Below, piece by piece: positions 42,874 to 52,580 of a stretch of DNA of 64,000 nt. The stretch is from positions 1 through 64,000 of the IMG/VR virus record IMGVR_UViG_3300028920_000050; one strand, written 5' to 3'. Within the stretch, counting starts at the first letter, position 1; every line of letters begins with the position of its first letter. A program made the position numbers and the translations under genes. This DNA comes from a virus. Under the pieces are notes generated by a model that made no database searches, was not told where the DNA came from, and saw only the letters and a list, made by a program, of their open reading frames with translations.

Positions 42874-43186
42874 ATCTTGACACTTAAACAATAATACAAT
42901 GTAAGACCTTACATAATAGGTATGTATACCTATAAAGTATGTCTAAGTGTCAAGTGTTGATCGCTGTCATGATGTGCTTAGAGATCCCGATTATATGCGT
43001 AATACCACTGTGATCATGTTAAATAATAGGGTAGATCTGCTGTGGATCTGAGGGCAATACACTACTACATAGGTCTCTATATAGGGGGCATGTAGAGGGG
43101 TTTACCCGTATTCCCCCGCCCTGGCTACACAGAGGCTTTCTATGGGACGTTCTCAGGGAGGGTCTGCATATTGGGCCTACATACAG

Positions 43187-43230
43187 AAAAACCCTCTGTG
43201 CTGAAGCCGTATAAACAGCACAGAGGGTTT
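43187..43230 (-). terminator. Intrinsic terminator ending the late transcript
   Basis: 15-bp stem AAACCCTCTGTGCTG/CAGCACAGAGGGTTT plus T tract. Confidence 0.75.
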
Positions 43231-43267
43231 CATGAGTGTACCCATAATTAGGAGGAACTTAAATAGC

Positions 43268-43669
43268 CTATCTGCCACGCACCTGTCTTAGAAATATCTG
43301 GTTTCCCTGTGGATTACGTTTACCTATCCTTGGCTTACGCTTACCTGTAGATAAGAAGCTTTCACCAAACCACCCCTCCATTTTTTTGATATAGGCAGTT
43401 CGGCTTTTTATATGAAGCTTCTTTTTATACATGCTTATAGCAAGGTTGGCTTTCTGAGGATCTGTTAAATGCGGATTATAGTAGTACTCGTGTATTCCCT
43501 TGGTGTGTATACCAATATCCTTTCTCAGAGCTTTTACTTTTCCAAGTAACTTTGCTCTTTGATCCCCGCTTAATTTTGCACGTGCCCATCTGTGGGCTTT
43601 ATTTAGAACGTACTTTCTGCCCCGTATAAGCTTAGTCATTCCTACACGGAGCAACTGTTTTTTAGGCAT
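43268..43669 (-). CDS. Basic RWER-motif family protein
   Basis: GMTKLIRGRKYVLNKAHRWAR. Confidence 0.75.
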   Translation of the reverse strand: MPKKQLLRVGMTKLIRGRKYVLNKAHRWARAKLSGDQRAKLLGKVKALRKDIGIHTKGIHEYYYNPHLTDPQKANLAISMYKKKLHIKSRTAYIKKMEGWFGESFLSTGKRKPRIGKRNPQGNQIFLRQVRGR

Positions 43670-43674
43670 TAATA

Positions 43675-44127
43675 TTATGCTTTTCTTTTACGGACAGCTA
43701 TTCTGTGACCAAGACGATTAATTGCTATAGATCCCACAGTGAGAGTAGCCAATGCTGCAATTCCTTTTCCTGATGTCATCAAACCGGCAGATCTTCCTGC
43801 TATCCTCATACTTCTCTGTGCTTTCCTGTACATGGAAGCGCCTTTTATTAAACTGCCTCTTTTAAGCATCCGTTTGGCTTCACCACTCATACGTACTGCA
43901 CGTTTTAACTCAACATGGTGCATAATACGTGCTCCGCTTTCCACTGCCAAATGTGCTCCGCCAGTAATAGCACCAATAGCTCCAACACCTGCAGTTATCC
44001 CACCTGCAAGCTGTCGGCCCACACCAGCACGTTCCCATCTGGATGTTTTACCTAATTTATAGGTTCTTCCTTTTACTGTTTTGGTCATTCCATGTTGAAG
44101 CTTTCGTCTTTGTTTCATACGAGCCAT
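43675..44127 (-). CDS. Basic RWER-motif family protein with hydrophobic helices
   Basis: GMTKTVKGRTYKLGKTSRWER. Confidence 0.75.
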   Translation of the reverse strand: MARMKQRRKLQHGMTKTVKGRTYKLGKTSRWERAGVGRQLAGGITAGVGAIGAITGGAHLAVESGARIMHHVELKRAVRMSGEAKRMLKRGSLIKGASMYRKAQRSMRIAGRSAGLMTSGKGIAALATLTVGSIAINRLGHRIAVRKRKA

Positions 44128-44129
44128 AG

Positions 44130-44477
44130 TTAAGCCCTCCTTCTCTTTATTTTCTTTTTTTCTTTGATAACCATTATAAAACTGGCAATAGCACCAAGGC
44201 TTGTGGCTATCTGCTGTATATAATCAAATATCATTGATACTATTGACTTCTTCTCAGCTGTTGTATTGGTAACACGTGAGTCCCTTCTTGGGCGCCGAGT
44301 TGTCCGATCTGCGGTTGCAGGAGCAGATCTCCTGTATACAAATGTGGAGTTATCAGTTTTAGCTTGTATGGAGAAATTAACAAGTTTCCTTCTTATAAAT
44401 GAAAGTGCAGCAAGAACAATAAATACAATACAGACTGTTGTTAATACTTTTAATTTAATATCTTTTATTTTACGCAC
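44130..44477 (-). CDS. Small membrane protein with two hydrophobic segments
   Basis: VLTTVCIVFIVLAALSFI; IATSLGAIASFIMVI. Confidence 0.6.
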   Translation of the reverse strand: MRKIKDIKLKVLTTVCIVFIVLAALSFIRRKLVNFSIQAKTDNSTFVYRRSAPATADRTTRRPRRDSRVTNTTAEKKSIVSMIFDYIQQIATSLGAIASFIMVIKEKKKIKRRRA

Positions 44478-45012
44478 GTATCCTCCTTCTCCTCGGCCTT
44501 CTGTAATTGGAAGCAGTAAGGTGAGTAGCTATTCCACGTTTCCGCAGATTTTCCATTGTACTTGGTTTCGTATCAAAAGATATACGAGATCCAGGCTTTA
44601 AGTCTCTATTCATCTGTGCAGTAATTAGAGTATTTACTACACCGAGCCTTCTTTCAGAAGCAGCTCTCTCCCGCTTTCTTGCTGACATCTTAACCAAGAG
44701 TCCACTTACAAAAGCACCTGCACTTGTAGCAACTAAAGCCTTGTGTACTTTATAAGGTGCTTTCTTAAGTAACTTTGTTTTCTTACTGAGTGCTAAATAG
44801 CTGGCAGCTAGACCCAAACCAACCATACTCATGCGTTTTCCTAGACGGCCACGACTACTATAATCAAAACCTTCTATGTTCCTCTTACCTGTACGTTCCC
44901 ACCTATAGTTTTTATTCAGTTCATAGGTTATTCCGCTTACTGTTTTCTGTTGACCTATTTTAGCCTTTGCTTCTTTGGCATTTTTTCTGGCTCGTCTCTT
45001 GGTTGTTGGCAT
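44470..45012 (-). CDS. Basic RWER-motif family protein with hydrophobic helices
   Basis: GQQKTVSGITYELNKNYRWER. Confidence 0.75.
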   Translation of the reverse strand: MPTTKRRARKNAKEAKAKIGQQKTVSGITYELNKNYRWERTGKRNIEGFDYSSRGRLGKRMSMVGLGLAASYLALSKKTKLLKKAPYKVHKALVATSAGAFVSGLLVKMSARKRERAASERRLGVVNTLITAQMNRDLKPGSRISFDTKPSTMENLRKRGIATHLTASNYRRPRRRRIRA

Positions 45013-45030
45013 GCACTCCTCCTTAAATTA

Positions 45031-45074
45031 AATGAAAGAGATAAATGTAAGAACTTACATTTATCTCTTTCATT
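45031..45074. repeat. Perfect 21-bp inverted repeat centred on a palindrome variant (GTAAGAACTTAC)
   Basis: AATGAAAGAGATAAATGTAAG-AA-CTTACATTTATCTCTTTCATT. Confidence 0.9.
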
Positions 45075-45314
45075 GTTCTGTCATTGTCGCAGTGACGTTA
45101 TGACATCTTGACAGGGCCGATACCGTTGTGTGCCTTCGGTGCAGGATACTTTCCTTTGTATTTGTCAATCTTATCTTTTGCACCGGGAGCCTTAGACGGA
45201 CCAATCCCATTACGGGCAAGCCCTGGCCGGCCAACCTGGTGTTTCGCACCTTTGTTCTTCGTGTTTTTTGGAAATGTTGCTGCCATAGTTTTCCTCCTGT
45301 TTAATATATTAAAC

Positions 45315-45773
45315 CTATAGTAGTCCGAGTTCTTTTTGAACTCGTTTACGTACACGACCTAGAGCTTCCCTTGTACGTTTAGCCTCAGGTGTATTGACTG
45401 TACCATGTCGTTTGTGTGCCTCGTACACACTACTTAATTTCATATATCTTTTTCTTACTCCCGGATTTACTCGTCTAATCCCCTGCCTGAAAGATGACTT
45501 GGCCCTTACAGTAACTTTACGAGTAGACAATATAGCAAGTGTAATAAAACCAGCAGTAATAGCTGCACCCTTGGCATACGCTTTAAGCCTCATTCTTCTT
45601 CTGTATTTTTCATAACTTATGGTTGGACCGGAAAAATATGCAGACTCTTTTAGCGGAACCTTTATATAATCTCTTTCCCATCTTGAAGTACGACCAAGTT
45701 TATACCTCTTTCCTCTAACTGTTTTTGTAGCCCCTGGTCTTATACGTTTTTGATCATACTTCTTTCTTGCCAT
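45315..45773 (-). CDS. Basic RWER-motif family protein
   Basis: GATKTVRGKRYKLGRTSRWER; hydrophobic GAAITAGFITLAIL. Confidence 0.75.
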   Translation of the reverse strand: MARKKYDQKRIRPGATKTVRGKRYKLGRTSRWERDYIKVPLKESAYFSGPTISYEKYRRRMRLKAYAKGAAITAGFITLAILSTRKVTVRAKSSFRQGIRRVNPGVRKRYMKLSSVYEAHKRHGTVNTPEAKRTREALGRVRKRVQKELGLL

Positions 45774-45792
45774 AATGAAATCCAGATATTAA

Positions 45793-46227
45793 TTATTTAT
45801 TTCTTTTTCTTCGTTTATATGTAGAGTGTGCGATCTTTGTAGTAACAGCTGTACCTAATGCTACAGCCACACCTTTCTTACCGTGTTTAGCAATAGCTTT
45901 GCTTAGGGGCTTACTGGCTTTTCGTATAGCTGCTCCTGCTCTGCTTATTGTTTTACTTGCTTTACCTGCCTTATGAGAACTACTCTCTACTCTTTTACCG
46001 AAGCGTTTAACCTCTTCGCCAGCTTTCTTCCCCGCAGTTTTAAAACCGCGGTCTACTGCTTTGTTTAGACCTTTAGCCTTACCGACTGCTCCTGTCTTTT
46101 GTACCTTGACCCACCGCACAACTCCTTTGCGGATCTCTGTCAAACGGAGCATAGCACCAGCTGCTCCTTTCTTCATAGCACCGATTTTCTGGCCGGCAGC
46201 TTTCTTTATTCTTTTCATTCTTGCCAT
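45793..46227 (-). CDS. Lys/Ala-rich basic protein, divergent family member
   Basis: GAMKK...LRL...RWVK; shares the MARMK start with 43675..44127. Confidence 0.6.
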   Translation of the reverse strand: MARMKRIKKAAGQKIGAMKKGAAGAMLRLTEIRKGVVRWVKVQKTGAVGKAKGLNKAVDRGFKTAGKKAGEEVKRFGKRVESSSHKAGKASKTISRAGAAIRKASKPLSKAIAKHGKKGVAVALGTAVTTKIAHSTYKRRKRNK

Positions 46228-46249
46228 TTGTTATCTCCTGTTTTTTATA

Positions 46250-47158
46250 TTAACGCTCTCTTCGCTGATACTCATAATCACGAAGAGCACGTTCAGTGTA
46301 ATACCGTCTTTCCATAAGTGTTTTACGTATCCTATAGTATGTAATGCCAGATAGAATACCTAAAGCAACTCCGTAAGTAGGTCTCTTTTGTATAAACTTA
46401 AGACCAGATAAAGCAGAGTTATTAAAATGATATGTAAATCGTTTTGCTCCCCGGAACTGAAATCCCATCTTATTACCTATGGGAACCTTCTTCGCCAAAG
46501 CCTGAGCCATAGTTTTAGTTCTGGTTATTTTCTGTGCTCTTTTTATCTGATTTAGATGTAATGACTGCAGTGGCTTGGCTACCCTGGCTGTCATGTTAGA
46601 TATTCCCTGATGAACTGTTTTCCAAGGTTTAGACTTACGTATTCTATCAAGCTCAAGAACTTTAACAAGATTATTACGGAAGCCACCAAATCCTGTACCT
46701 CTCCTTCCCTTCCGTCCAATACTTACAGCTGCACCATAGATACTACCAACTACCCACAGACTCCTCTCCCTCCTGGTTAAAGCCGCACGCTTGAACATAT
46801 AATCTTCACGTAATTCTGATTTTGTTTTTCCGTGGTATGTCTTTACAGCAGATACTCTCTTTAGTCCCTTAACTGCTTCTGGATTACCTGGAGTTTCTTT
46901 GAAGAAATCTGATTTTGGATTTTTATGAATAAAACCTGACCTGTCCTCTGCTACACTTACAAGATCCTGCTGTTCTTTTGGACGGACAATAGGAGGTGCA
47001 TGATCCTCCATTACTGGAGGTTTATTATTTGGAAGCCTGTAGTCACGTTCCCACCTGTGGGATCTCCGCCTGAGTTTGTACCTTAGACCTTTTATAAATC
47101 TTATTGTTCCCAGCCTGGGTTCTTCTTTCTTTTTTGTTCGCTTCCTACCATTTGACAT
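46250..47158 (-). CDS. Basic RWER-motif family protein (long)
   Basis: GTIRFIKGLRYKLRRRSHRWERDY. Confidence 0.75.
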   Translation of the reverse strand: MSNGRKRTKKKEEPRLGTIRFIKGLRYKLRRRSHRWERDYRLPNNKPPVMEDHAPPIVRPKEQQDLVSVAEDRSGFIHKNPKSDFFKETPGNPEAVKGLKRVSAVKTYHGKTKSELREDYMFKRAALTRRERSLWVVGSIYGAAVSIGRKGRRGTGFGGFRNNLVKVLELDRIRKSKPWKTVHQGISNMTARVAKPLQSLHLNQIKRAQKITRTKTMAQALAKKVPIGNKMGFQFRGAKRFTYHFNNSALSGLKFIQKRPTYGVALGILSGITYYRIRKTLMERRYYTERALRDYEYQRRER

Positions 47159-47273
47159 ACAGACTCCTTGCTAATGTAAGATCTTACATTCAGTTAATAA
47201 AATGGGGTTCTTCGTGCAGGACAGCGTTATATAATACGGATCGTCTTACTATTATTATAATGTAAAATCTCAA

Positions 47274-48308
47274 TTATTTCAAATTAAATCTCCTCTTTAT
47301 AATCGAAGATCCCTCTTTTAGCGTATGAAATCCACCATATACGCTCTGGTAATTTACAATAAAATCAATATACCTGTGCCTAAGCTTCTCATCTATGGGC
47401 CTGTTCAAGTAGTCATTTATGATAAATGATATATCATCTATGTACCCCACCTCTTTATAGTTAACAGACGGTATCCGATAACCAAGCCCAAGCGGAGTAA
47501 CTACCGGCAAATTACTGAAGTACAGTACTTTCTTATTACTGAGTATGGCTTCAGCCAGGGAGGATGAATTGAAAGACACAACTATCTGTGCTTCTCGTAT
47601 GTGTGTAAAATGATTTGCATTTTTATTAAACACAACTCGCTTGTCTTTAATAGGCACATAGTCATAAGTGAATCCACGCTTTTTATTATAGGCACTTGGA
47701 TGTGGTTTCACCACCAGAATAAAATCAGTATAAATATTTTTTATTATATTAAATACTGTGCGAACCATATCATTTGCTCTGTAAGGGTGTCCACCAACAG
47801 ATGTAATTGATTTATCTGTTGATTTCTGTAGTGGAAAATAAATAAGGGGTACTTTGTAGTTAGCCAAGGTCCCGTTCTTGTCATTATTATGTGCTACCCA
47901 ATGCAGTTCAAACAAACTCACAAGCTTGTTTACTTTATACGGATAATTATTGAATGTCATATCCGTAGTATGACTGTTGAACATAGACATAGGAGCAAGC
48001 AGAGATCCACAATACTTATTATGATCCTGCCTGTCAATAAACTGATTGAACCTGAATGGTGACCTTTCAACAAATAGCATATTTCTGTAAGTACTCTTTT
48101 TCATCAAGTCTACAAAAGATGATGGTATATTTCCTTTCTGATTGAAGAACTTTTTATAACACAAGTATCTATTCTTCTTCCCCTTATCCTTTAAATAAAT
48201 AGAATAGAAGTCATCAGTTGATACGTGTTCTATTTTTAAACCGAGTGGTTTAAGGTACGTATCAATTATATTGAACTCACAATTATAGATATTAGAATAT
48301 ACTTTCAT
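47274..48308 (-). CDS. KpsS/KpsC-like (Capsule_synth) glycosyltransferase
   Basis: YFPLQ...D, VVKPHP, VVSFNSS...EA. Confidence 0.7.
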   Translation of the reverse strand: MKVYSNIYNCEFNIIDTYLKPLGLKIEHVSTDDFYSIYLKDKGKKNRYLCYKKFFNQKGNIPSSFVDLMKKSTYRNMLFVERSPFRFNQFIDRQDHNKYCGSLLAPMSMFNSHTTDMTFNNYPYKVNKLVSLFELHWVAHNNDKNGTLANYKVPLIYFPLQKSTDKSITSVGGHPYRANDMVRTVFNIIKNIYTDFILVVKPHPSAYNKKRGFTYDYVPIKDKRVVFNKNANHFTHIREAQIVVSFNSSSLAEAILSNKKVLYFSNLPVVTPLGLGYRIPSVNYKEVGYIDDISFIINDYLNRPIDEKLRHRYIDFIVNYQSVYGGFHTLKEGSSIIKRRFNLK

Positions 48309-49339
48309 AAGCCTAACTTCTTAACAAGAAAAATCTTAAGATCTTTTCTTGCTGTAAAATTGTTAAAGAAAGACATCTCATTGATTATAAAATAAACATA
48401 CTTGTTGTACGCTTCAGTATCTATATCTGTCATAAGATAGTCTCTTATAACCATAGCATTTTCATTTAGAAACCTCCCACCCGCATAATTCCATGACGGT
48501 ACTCGGTATCCTATATCATTACAGTCCACTACAGGCATGTTTGAGAAATATAATATCTTTTTATGAAGAAGTGCTGCTTCTGCTAAAGCAGATGAATTAA
48601 AACTCACAACTACTTTGGCTGCAGTGAGCAGTGCATAGTGTGATATGGAACTTGTAGTTATAACACGATTATCATCAAAATCAAATATATATTTATAGTT
48701 TCCTCTATGGTACGGATGCTCACGCACTACAATAACAAAATCATTGTACATACGTGCAAACAATTTATAGATGACATTTATCATCTCATTAACAGGATAG
48801 GTCTCTGCTCCTCTGGATCTGAGTGATATATCCTGTGGTAATTGTAGCGGAAGGTAAACAAGGTTTCTTGTTTTTGGTATGTCTCCTGTGTCTTTATTTA
48901 AACCTAACCAGTGCTTCCTGAACCTTGACACAGTAGCATTCATGTCAGCTTTATATGTGAACTTATTGAACTTATGTAAATTACTATAATTCACAAAAGA
49001 ACTTATGTTGGCAAGCATTACTCCGCAGTTCCTGGAATTAATATTATCATCAGTTCCCTGTTTAAAACGAAATGGTGGTTTCTCAATAAAAAGTAAATGT
49101 CTAAAATCATCGAGCCTGAAAATCTCCCTGAAGTGATCGTAGGTCTTTACTTTAGTTCCATGCAGGAAGGTCTTACCCATTACATACATGTTTTCTTTGT
49201 CCTTGGCAGCTCTCCTATACAAATCCTCCCCCGCCGGCGGACGTTCAATGTCAACAGGCAACTTCAGTCTCTTAACATTACGTTCTAAGAGAGTGGCCTC
49301 CTCACTCTCTGAGTATATCATTATAAGCTTTTTCTTCAT
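48305..49339 (-). CDS. KpsS/KpsC-like glycosyltransferase, paralog
   Basis: YLPLQ..QD, VVREHP, VVSFNSS...EA. Confidence 0.7.
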   Translation of the reverse strand: MKKKLIMIYSESEEATLLERNVKRLKLPVDIERPPAGEDLYRRAAKDKENMYVMGKTFLHGTKVKTYDHFREIFRLDDFRHLLFIEKPPFRFKQGTDDNINSRNCGVMLANISSFVNYSNLHKFNKFTYKADMNATVSRFRKHWLGLNKDTGDIPKTRNLVYLPLQLPQDISLRSRGAETYPVNEMINVIYKLFARMYNDFVIVVREHPYHRGNYKYIFDFDDNRVITTSSISHYALLTAAKVVVSFNSSALAEAALLHKKILYFSNMPVVDCNDIGYRVPSWNYAGGRFLNENAMVIRDYLMTDIDTEAYNKYVYFIINEMSFFNNFTARKDLKIFLVKKLGL

Positions 49340-49914
49340 TCAGCCACCTGACACACATACAACCTGTACGAATAATGTCTAGGATTAGGATGTCTCTGAT
49401 TTATTTCGTATCTCTTTATGAGACCAATCCTGTTAACAAGCTCAAGCATGCTGTCAACAGTTATATTAAAATGTTTATGATAATGATTTCTCATCTTAGT
49501 TTCATTGTCAGGATGTGAGAATATAACAAGACCACCTGGTTTAACACTGTTCTTAAATAAGAATAAAGTGCTCTCAAGTGATCTATCAAGATGTTCAATA
49601 GTTTCGAGAGAAACAACAGCATCGAAACCACCATTACCTATCCTTCCCTTTACCTTATTTAGATCTACAACATCATAAGCTATGGCTTTACTATGATTGA
49701 AATGCTTAATAGCGTGACTTATTGCTTCCTTGGAGTTATCAATACCAACAACACTTCTGGCTGTCTCAGCAAGTATTGTGCTTCCGTATCCTACTCCACA
49801 TGCAGCATCAAGTACGTGCATGCCTCTACAAAATGAGCTGGCAATATAATACCTCTCCTTGTGTAGCTTCTCTATTTTTTCAAGTGCTGTTGCATCCTGT
49901 CTTTCTCTGGCCAT
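49336..49914 (-). CDS. Class I SAM-dependent methyltransferase
   Basis: H..RY, VLDAACGVGYG, FDAVVSLETIEHL. Confidence 0.9.
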   Translation of the reverse strand: MARERQDATALEKIEKLHKERYYIASSFCRGMHVLDAACGVGYGSTILAETARSVVGIDNSKEAISHAIKHFNHSKAIAYDVVDLNKVKGRIGNGGFDAVVSLETIEHLDRSLESTLFLFKNSVKPGGLVIFSHPDNETKMRNHYHKHFNITVDSMLELVNRIGLIKRYEINQRHPNPRHYSYRLYVCQVAE

Positions 49915-49915
49915 G

Positions 49916-50929
49916 TTACCTCACTCTCATATCTGCCTTGATCAGATCTCGACCATCATAAAACTTTGTACCAGTAAACGGCTTAAAAGTATAGTGACCC
50001 ATGATCTTCATCTTTCCTTTATTCCTGTGTATAAAAGCACGTGTAAGTTTCCTGTCCTCTTCTGTCTCCCCCGGAAGTTTAAACATAAAAGAAGCGCCTA
50101 CAGTTAGATTTATACTGTTACAAATATCGACTACTCTCTGATGATTTGCTACTGTAGTTCGTTTATTGAGAAGTTTAAGCATACGGTCACTACCACTCTC
50201 CGCCCCGAACCTGACACTGCTAAACCCCATTTCCTTCATCATAATAGCAATTTCCTTATCGAAATTACTAGACCGAATAAATCCTCTGAGTGAAAAGCGT
50301 CTATTATAATCACGGAACATCCACATCTCGTGGATTTCCCGCAACCTCTTCTTATTAAATACGAATAAATCATCAAGTATGTATATTTCTTTTGCTTGAG
50401 GTTCTGTTCTTCTTATGAACTCTACCTCATCAATAAAGTAATCGGAGCTGTGAAACCTGACCTTTTTCCAAAAAACAGAACTGCTACAAAAATGACAGTC
50501 ATAGGGACACCCTCTCGCACTGATAATAGGAATAGACTTACCACACTTTCCTCTTATTGGGTATGGTAAATCATCTATGTTATCAATCTGTCCCGCCAAG
50601 GGATTAAATCTGCCATCAATTAAAGATTGAAACGGAAGTTCACCTTCTCCCTTTACAACATAATCAAAGCCTATATTATCGATCTTGGGCCACTGAGTTC
50701 CTTGACCACCTACACACACAGGTATATCTGTACTATTTAATATTTCATAAGCCTCCTTCATTCCGTGGTCATTGGTATACAGTCCTATCAAATCACAGTT
50801 ATTAAGTTTATTCCTATCCTGTACAATGGTTATCTTTGCTCCCTTACTGTAAGCAGCAAGGTAGCCTAAACCTAGAGGGTATTGAGATACTGGTCTCTCT
50901 CCCCCACACATGTACAGTTTTATTTTCAT
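49916..50929 (-). CDS. B12-binding radical SAM enzyme
   Basis: PLGLGYLAA, VGG, GEGE, RGCPYDCHFC, GAESGS. Confidence 0.9.
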   Translation of the reverse strand: MKIKLYMCGGERPVSQYPLGLGYLAAYSKGAKITIVQDRNKLNNCDLIGLYTNDHGMKEAYEILNSTDIPVCVGGQGTQWPKIDNIGFDYVVKGEGELPFQSLIDGRFNPLAGQIDNIDDLPYPIRGKCGKSIPIISARGCPYDCHFCSSSVFWKKVRFHSSDYFIDEVEFIRRTEPQAKEIYILDDLFVFNKKRLREIHEMWMFRDYNRRFSLRGFIRSSNFDKEIAIMMKEMGFSSVRFGAESGSDRMLKLLNKRTTVANHQRVVDICNSINLTVGASFMFKLPGETEEDRKLTRAFIHRNKGKMKIMGHYTFKPFTGTKFYDGRDLIKADMRVR

Positions 50930-51411
50930 TTTGTTGCTTTTAGTTCAATGTCACACTCACGGCAATTAATAAGTTCAGTTACCTTAAAACCATTCACATT
51001 AAAAAACTCAACTAAAGATTTAGATGTATAGCCCCAATAATGATAGTAGTTCTCTCCCTTTCTCTGCCACCCAAAAAAAGCAGCCATAGCATGTTCAAAG
51101 TTACTGGCCTTTACAAATGGAGACTTCCCTGGCATGAGTAACTGCTTGGCATGGAACTCAAGATTAGGAACAATAACGTGTATAATACCCTTGGGCATGA
51201 GTACACGTCTCCATTCTTTTAGCGTGATGATAGCTAAGTCAGGAGTTAAATGCTCCAGAAAATGACGAGCATATATCTCCTCAAATGTGTCTGCTTCTTC
51301 AGGAATCTTCCACGCAGGATAGGGATACTCAACGTGTAGTGCTTTAGGATCTATATCAAGGTGCTGGTATCCCTCTCTCGGTTTCTTCCCTGAACCTATT
51401 TCAAGTTTCAT
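50926..51411 (-). CDS. SAM-dependent methyltransferase (type 11-like)
   Basis: KLEIGSG, IYARHFLEHL, EWRRVL.P.G....VP. Confidence 0.85.
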   Translation of the reverse strand: MKLEIGSGKKPREGYQHLDIDPKALHVEYPYPAWKIPEEADTFEEIYARHFLEHLTPDLAIITLKEWRRVLMPKGIIHVIVPNLEFHAKQLLMPGKSPFVKASNFEHAMAAFFGWQRKGENYYHYWGYTSKSLVEFFNVNGFKVTELINCRECDIELKATK

Positions 51412-51704
51412 CCTATTGCTCGTTTAAGTATTTCCTTAGCTTGAGATTTGTTTGCGCAGATGTATTTATCGTTATAACTTTTTCCGTCCCCGACCTGCAG
51501 ACCTTTCTTGTTCATCTTGGGCGGAATGTAACCAGAGACTGTAGCTATAACTCCGTTCTTCGCCTTATCAATGCTGAAGTTACTGTGCTCCATAGGTCGC
51601 TTTGTAACTCTCGGTATCTTTATACTTGGAGAGATTTTACTGATACCTGCCGAAACTCCTCTGCTCATTTTTCTTTTAGCCATTTTGTTTTCCTCCTATT
51701 AAAT

Positions 51705-51734
51705 AAGGAGAGCCAAGTTTCCCTGGCTCTCCTT
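51705..51734 (-). terminator. Intrinsic terminator-like hairpin
   Basis: AAGGAGAGCCA/TGGCTCTCCTT stem. Confidence 0.55.
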
Positions 51735-51772
51735 TGTGATTAGTACCTTATTATATTTTTATTATTGTAAAA

Positions 51773-52234
51773 TCACTCCAACTGAACATACCCAGGCACG
51801 CAGGTAATCCATCCGGTTGATCCATTTTGGAGTTTAACTTCATACTTTTCTACGGTGTACTCAAGTATTTTAAGTACAGCCCCAGGTAGCATAAAGCCTA
51901 TTTTGTTTTTATCATTTTTAGCAGGGGAGCCTCTTATAACACAACCTTCACCATTTATAGTACCGGTCTCACCGGTCTTATCAACGTCAAGGTATGTACT
52001 ATAAACCCACCCCGTCTTACCTATCCACTTACTTCCTTTTTCAACGGTCCCCTTATAATAACCGATCTTCTCACCGACAACTTCAAACTCCTCACCGGGA
52101 GCGGCGGTCCTGATTAACTCAGCACCATTGTCGGGAGCGTTACGGATATTAATATGCTTCACGATCCGCAGGTTCTCCGTATAAAGGAAGCTTGTGAATA
52201 AAATAAGCACAATGAATGTAGTTATTTTTTTCAT
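51773..52234 (-). CDS. Secreted SH3b-domain protein
   Basis: Signal peptide; NIR..P, GWVYS.YL, TGWI. Confidence 0.75.
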   Translation of the reverse strand: MKKITTFIVLILFTSFLYTENLRIVKHINIRNAPDNGAELIRTAAPGEEFEVVGEKIGYYKGTVEKGSKWIGKTGWVYSTYLDVDKTGETGTINGEGCVIRGSPAKNDKNKIGFMLPGAVLKILEYTVEKYEVKLQNGSTGWITCVPGYVQLE

Positions 52235-52379
52235 CTTTTTTTCCTCTTGTTGGATTTTTTATGAGGACTTTTGTATCCACTCGCATGAGCTGCCCTCTGG
52301 ATTTGAAGTGCTTTTGCTTTTGTTTTGAAAGGGCCACGTGACCCCCAATACCATCCGTTTGCTTTTTTAACTACCGGCA

Positions 52380-52568
52380 TTATTTCATTCTCCCTATGGG
52401 TCCTCTCCCTTTTCCCACACCAAGTCCCATTCCTCTCCCCCTACTCCTTATTTTACCTCCGGGGCAACACTCCCATCTGTGATTTTTATTTAAACGATAT
52501 AACTTATTATTAATCCTTTTAGTAGTTCCTACTTTAAGTCTAATATCTTTGTGTTTATTTCTAAGCAT
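52380..52568 (-). CDS. Minimal RWER-motif family protein
   Basis: GTTKRINNKLYRLNKNHRWE plus a Gly/Arg-rich tail. Confidence 0.65.
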   Translation of the reverse strand: MLRNKHKDIRLKVGTTKRINNKLYRLNKNHRWECCPGGKIRSRGRGMGLGVGKGRGPIGRMK

Positions 52569-52580
52569 AACTTCTCCTTA

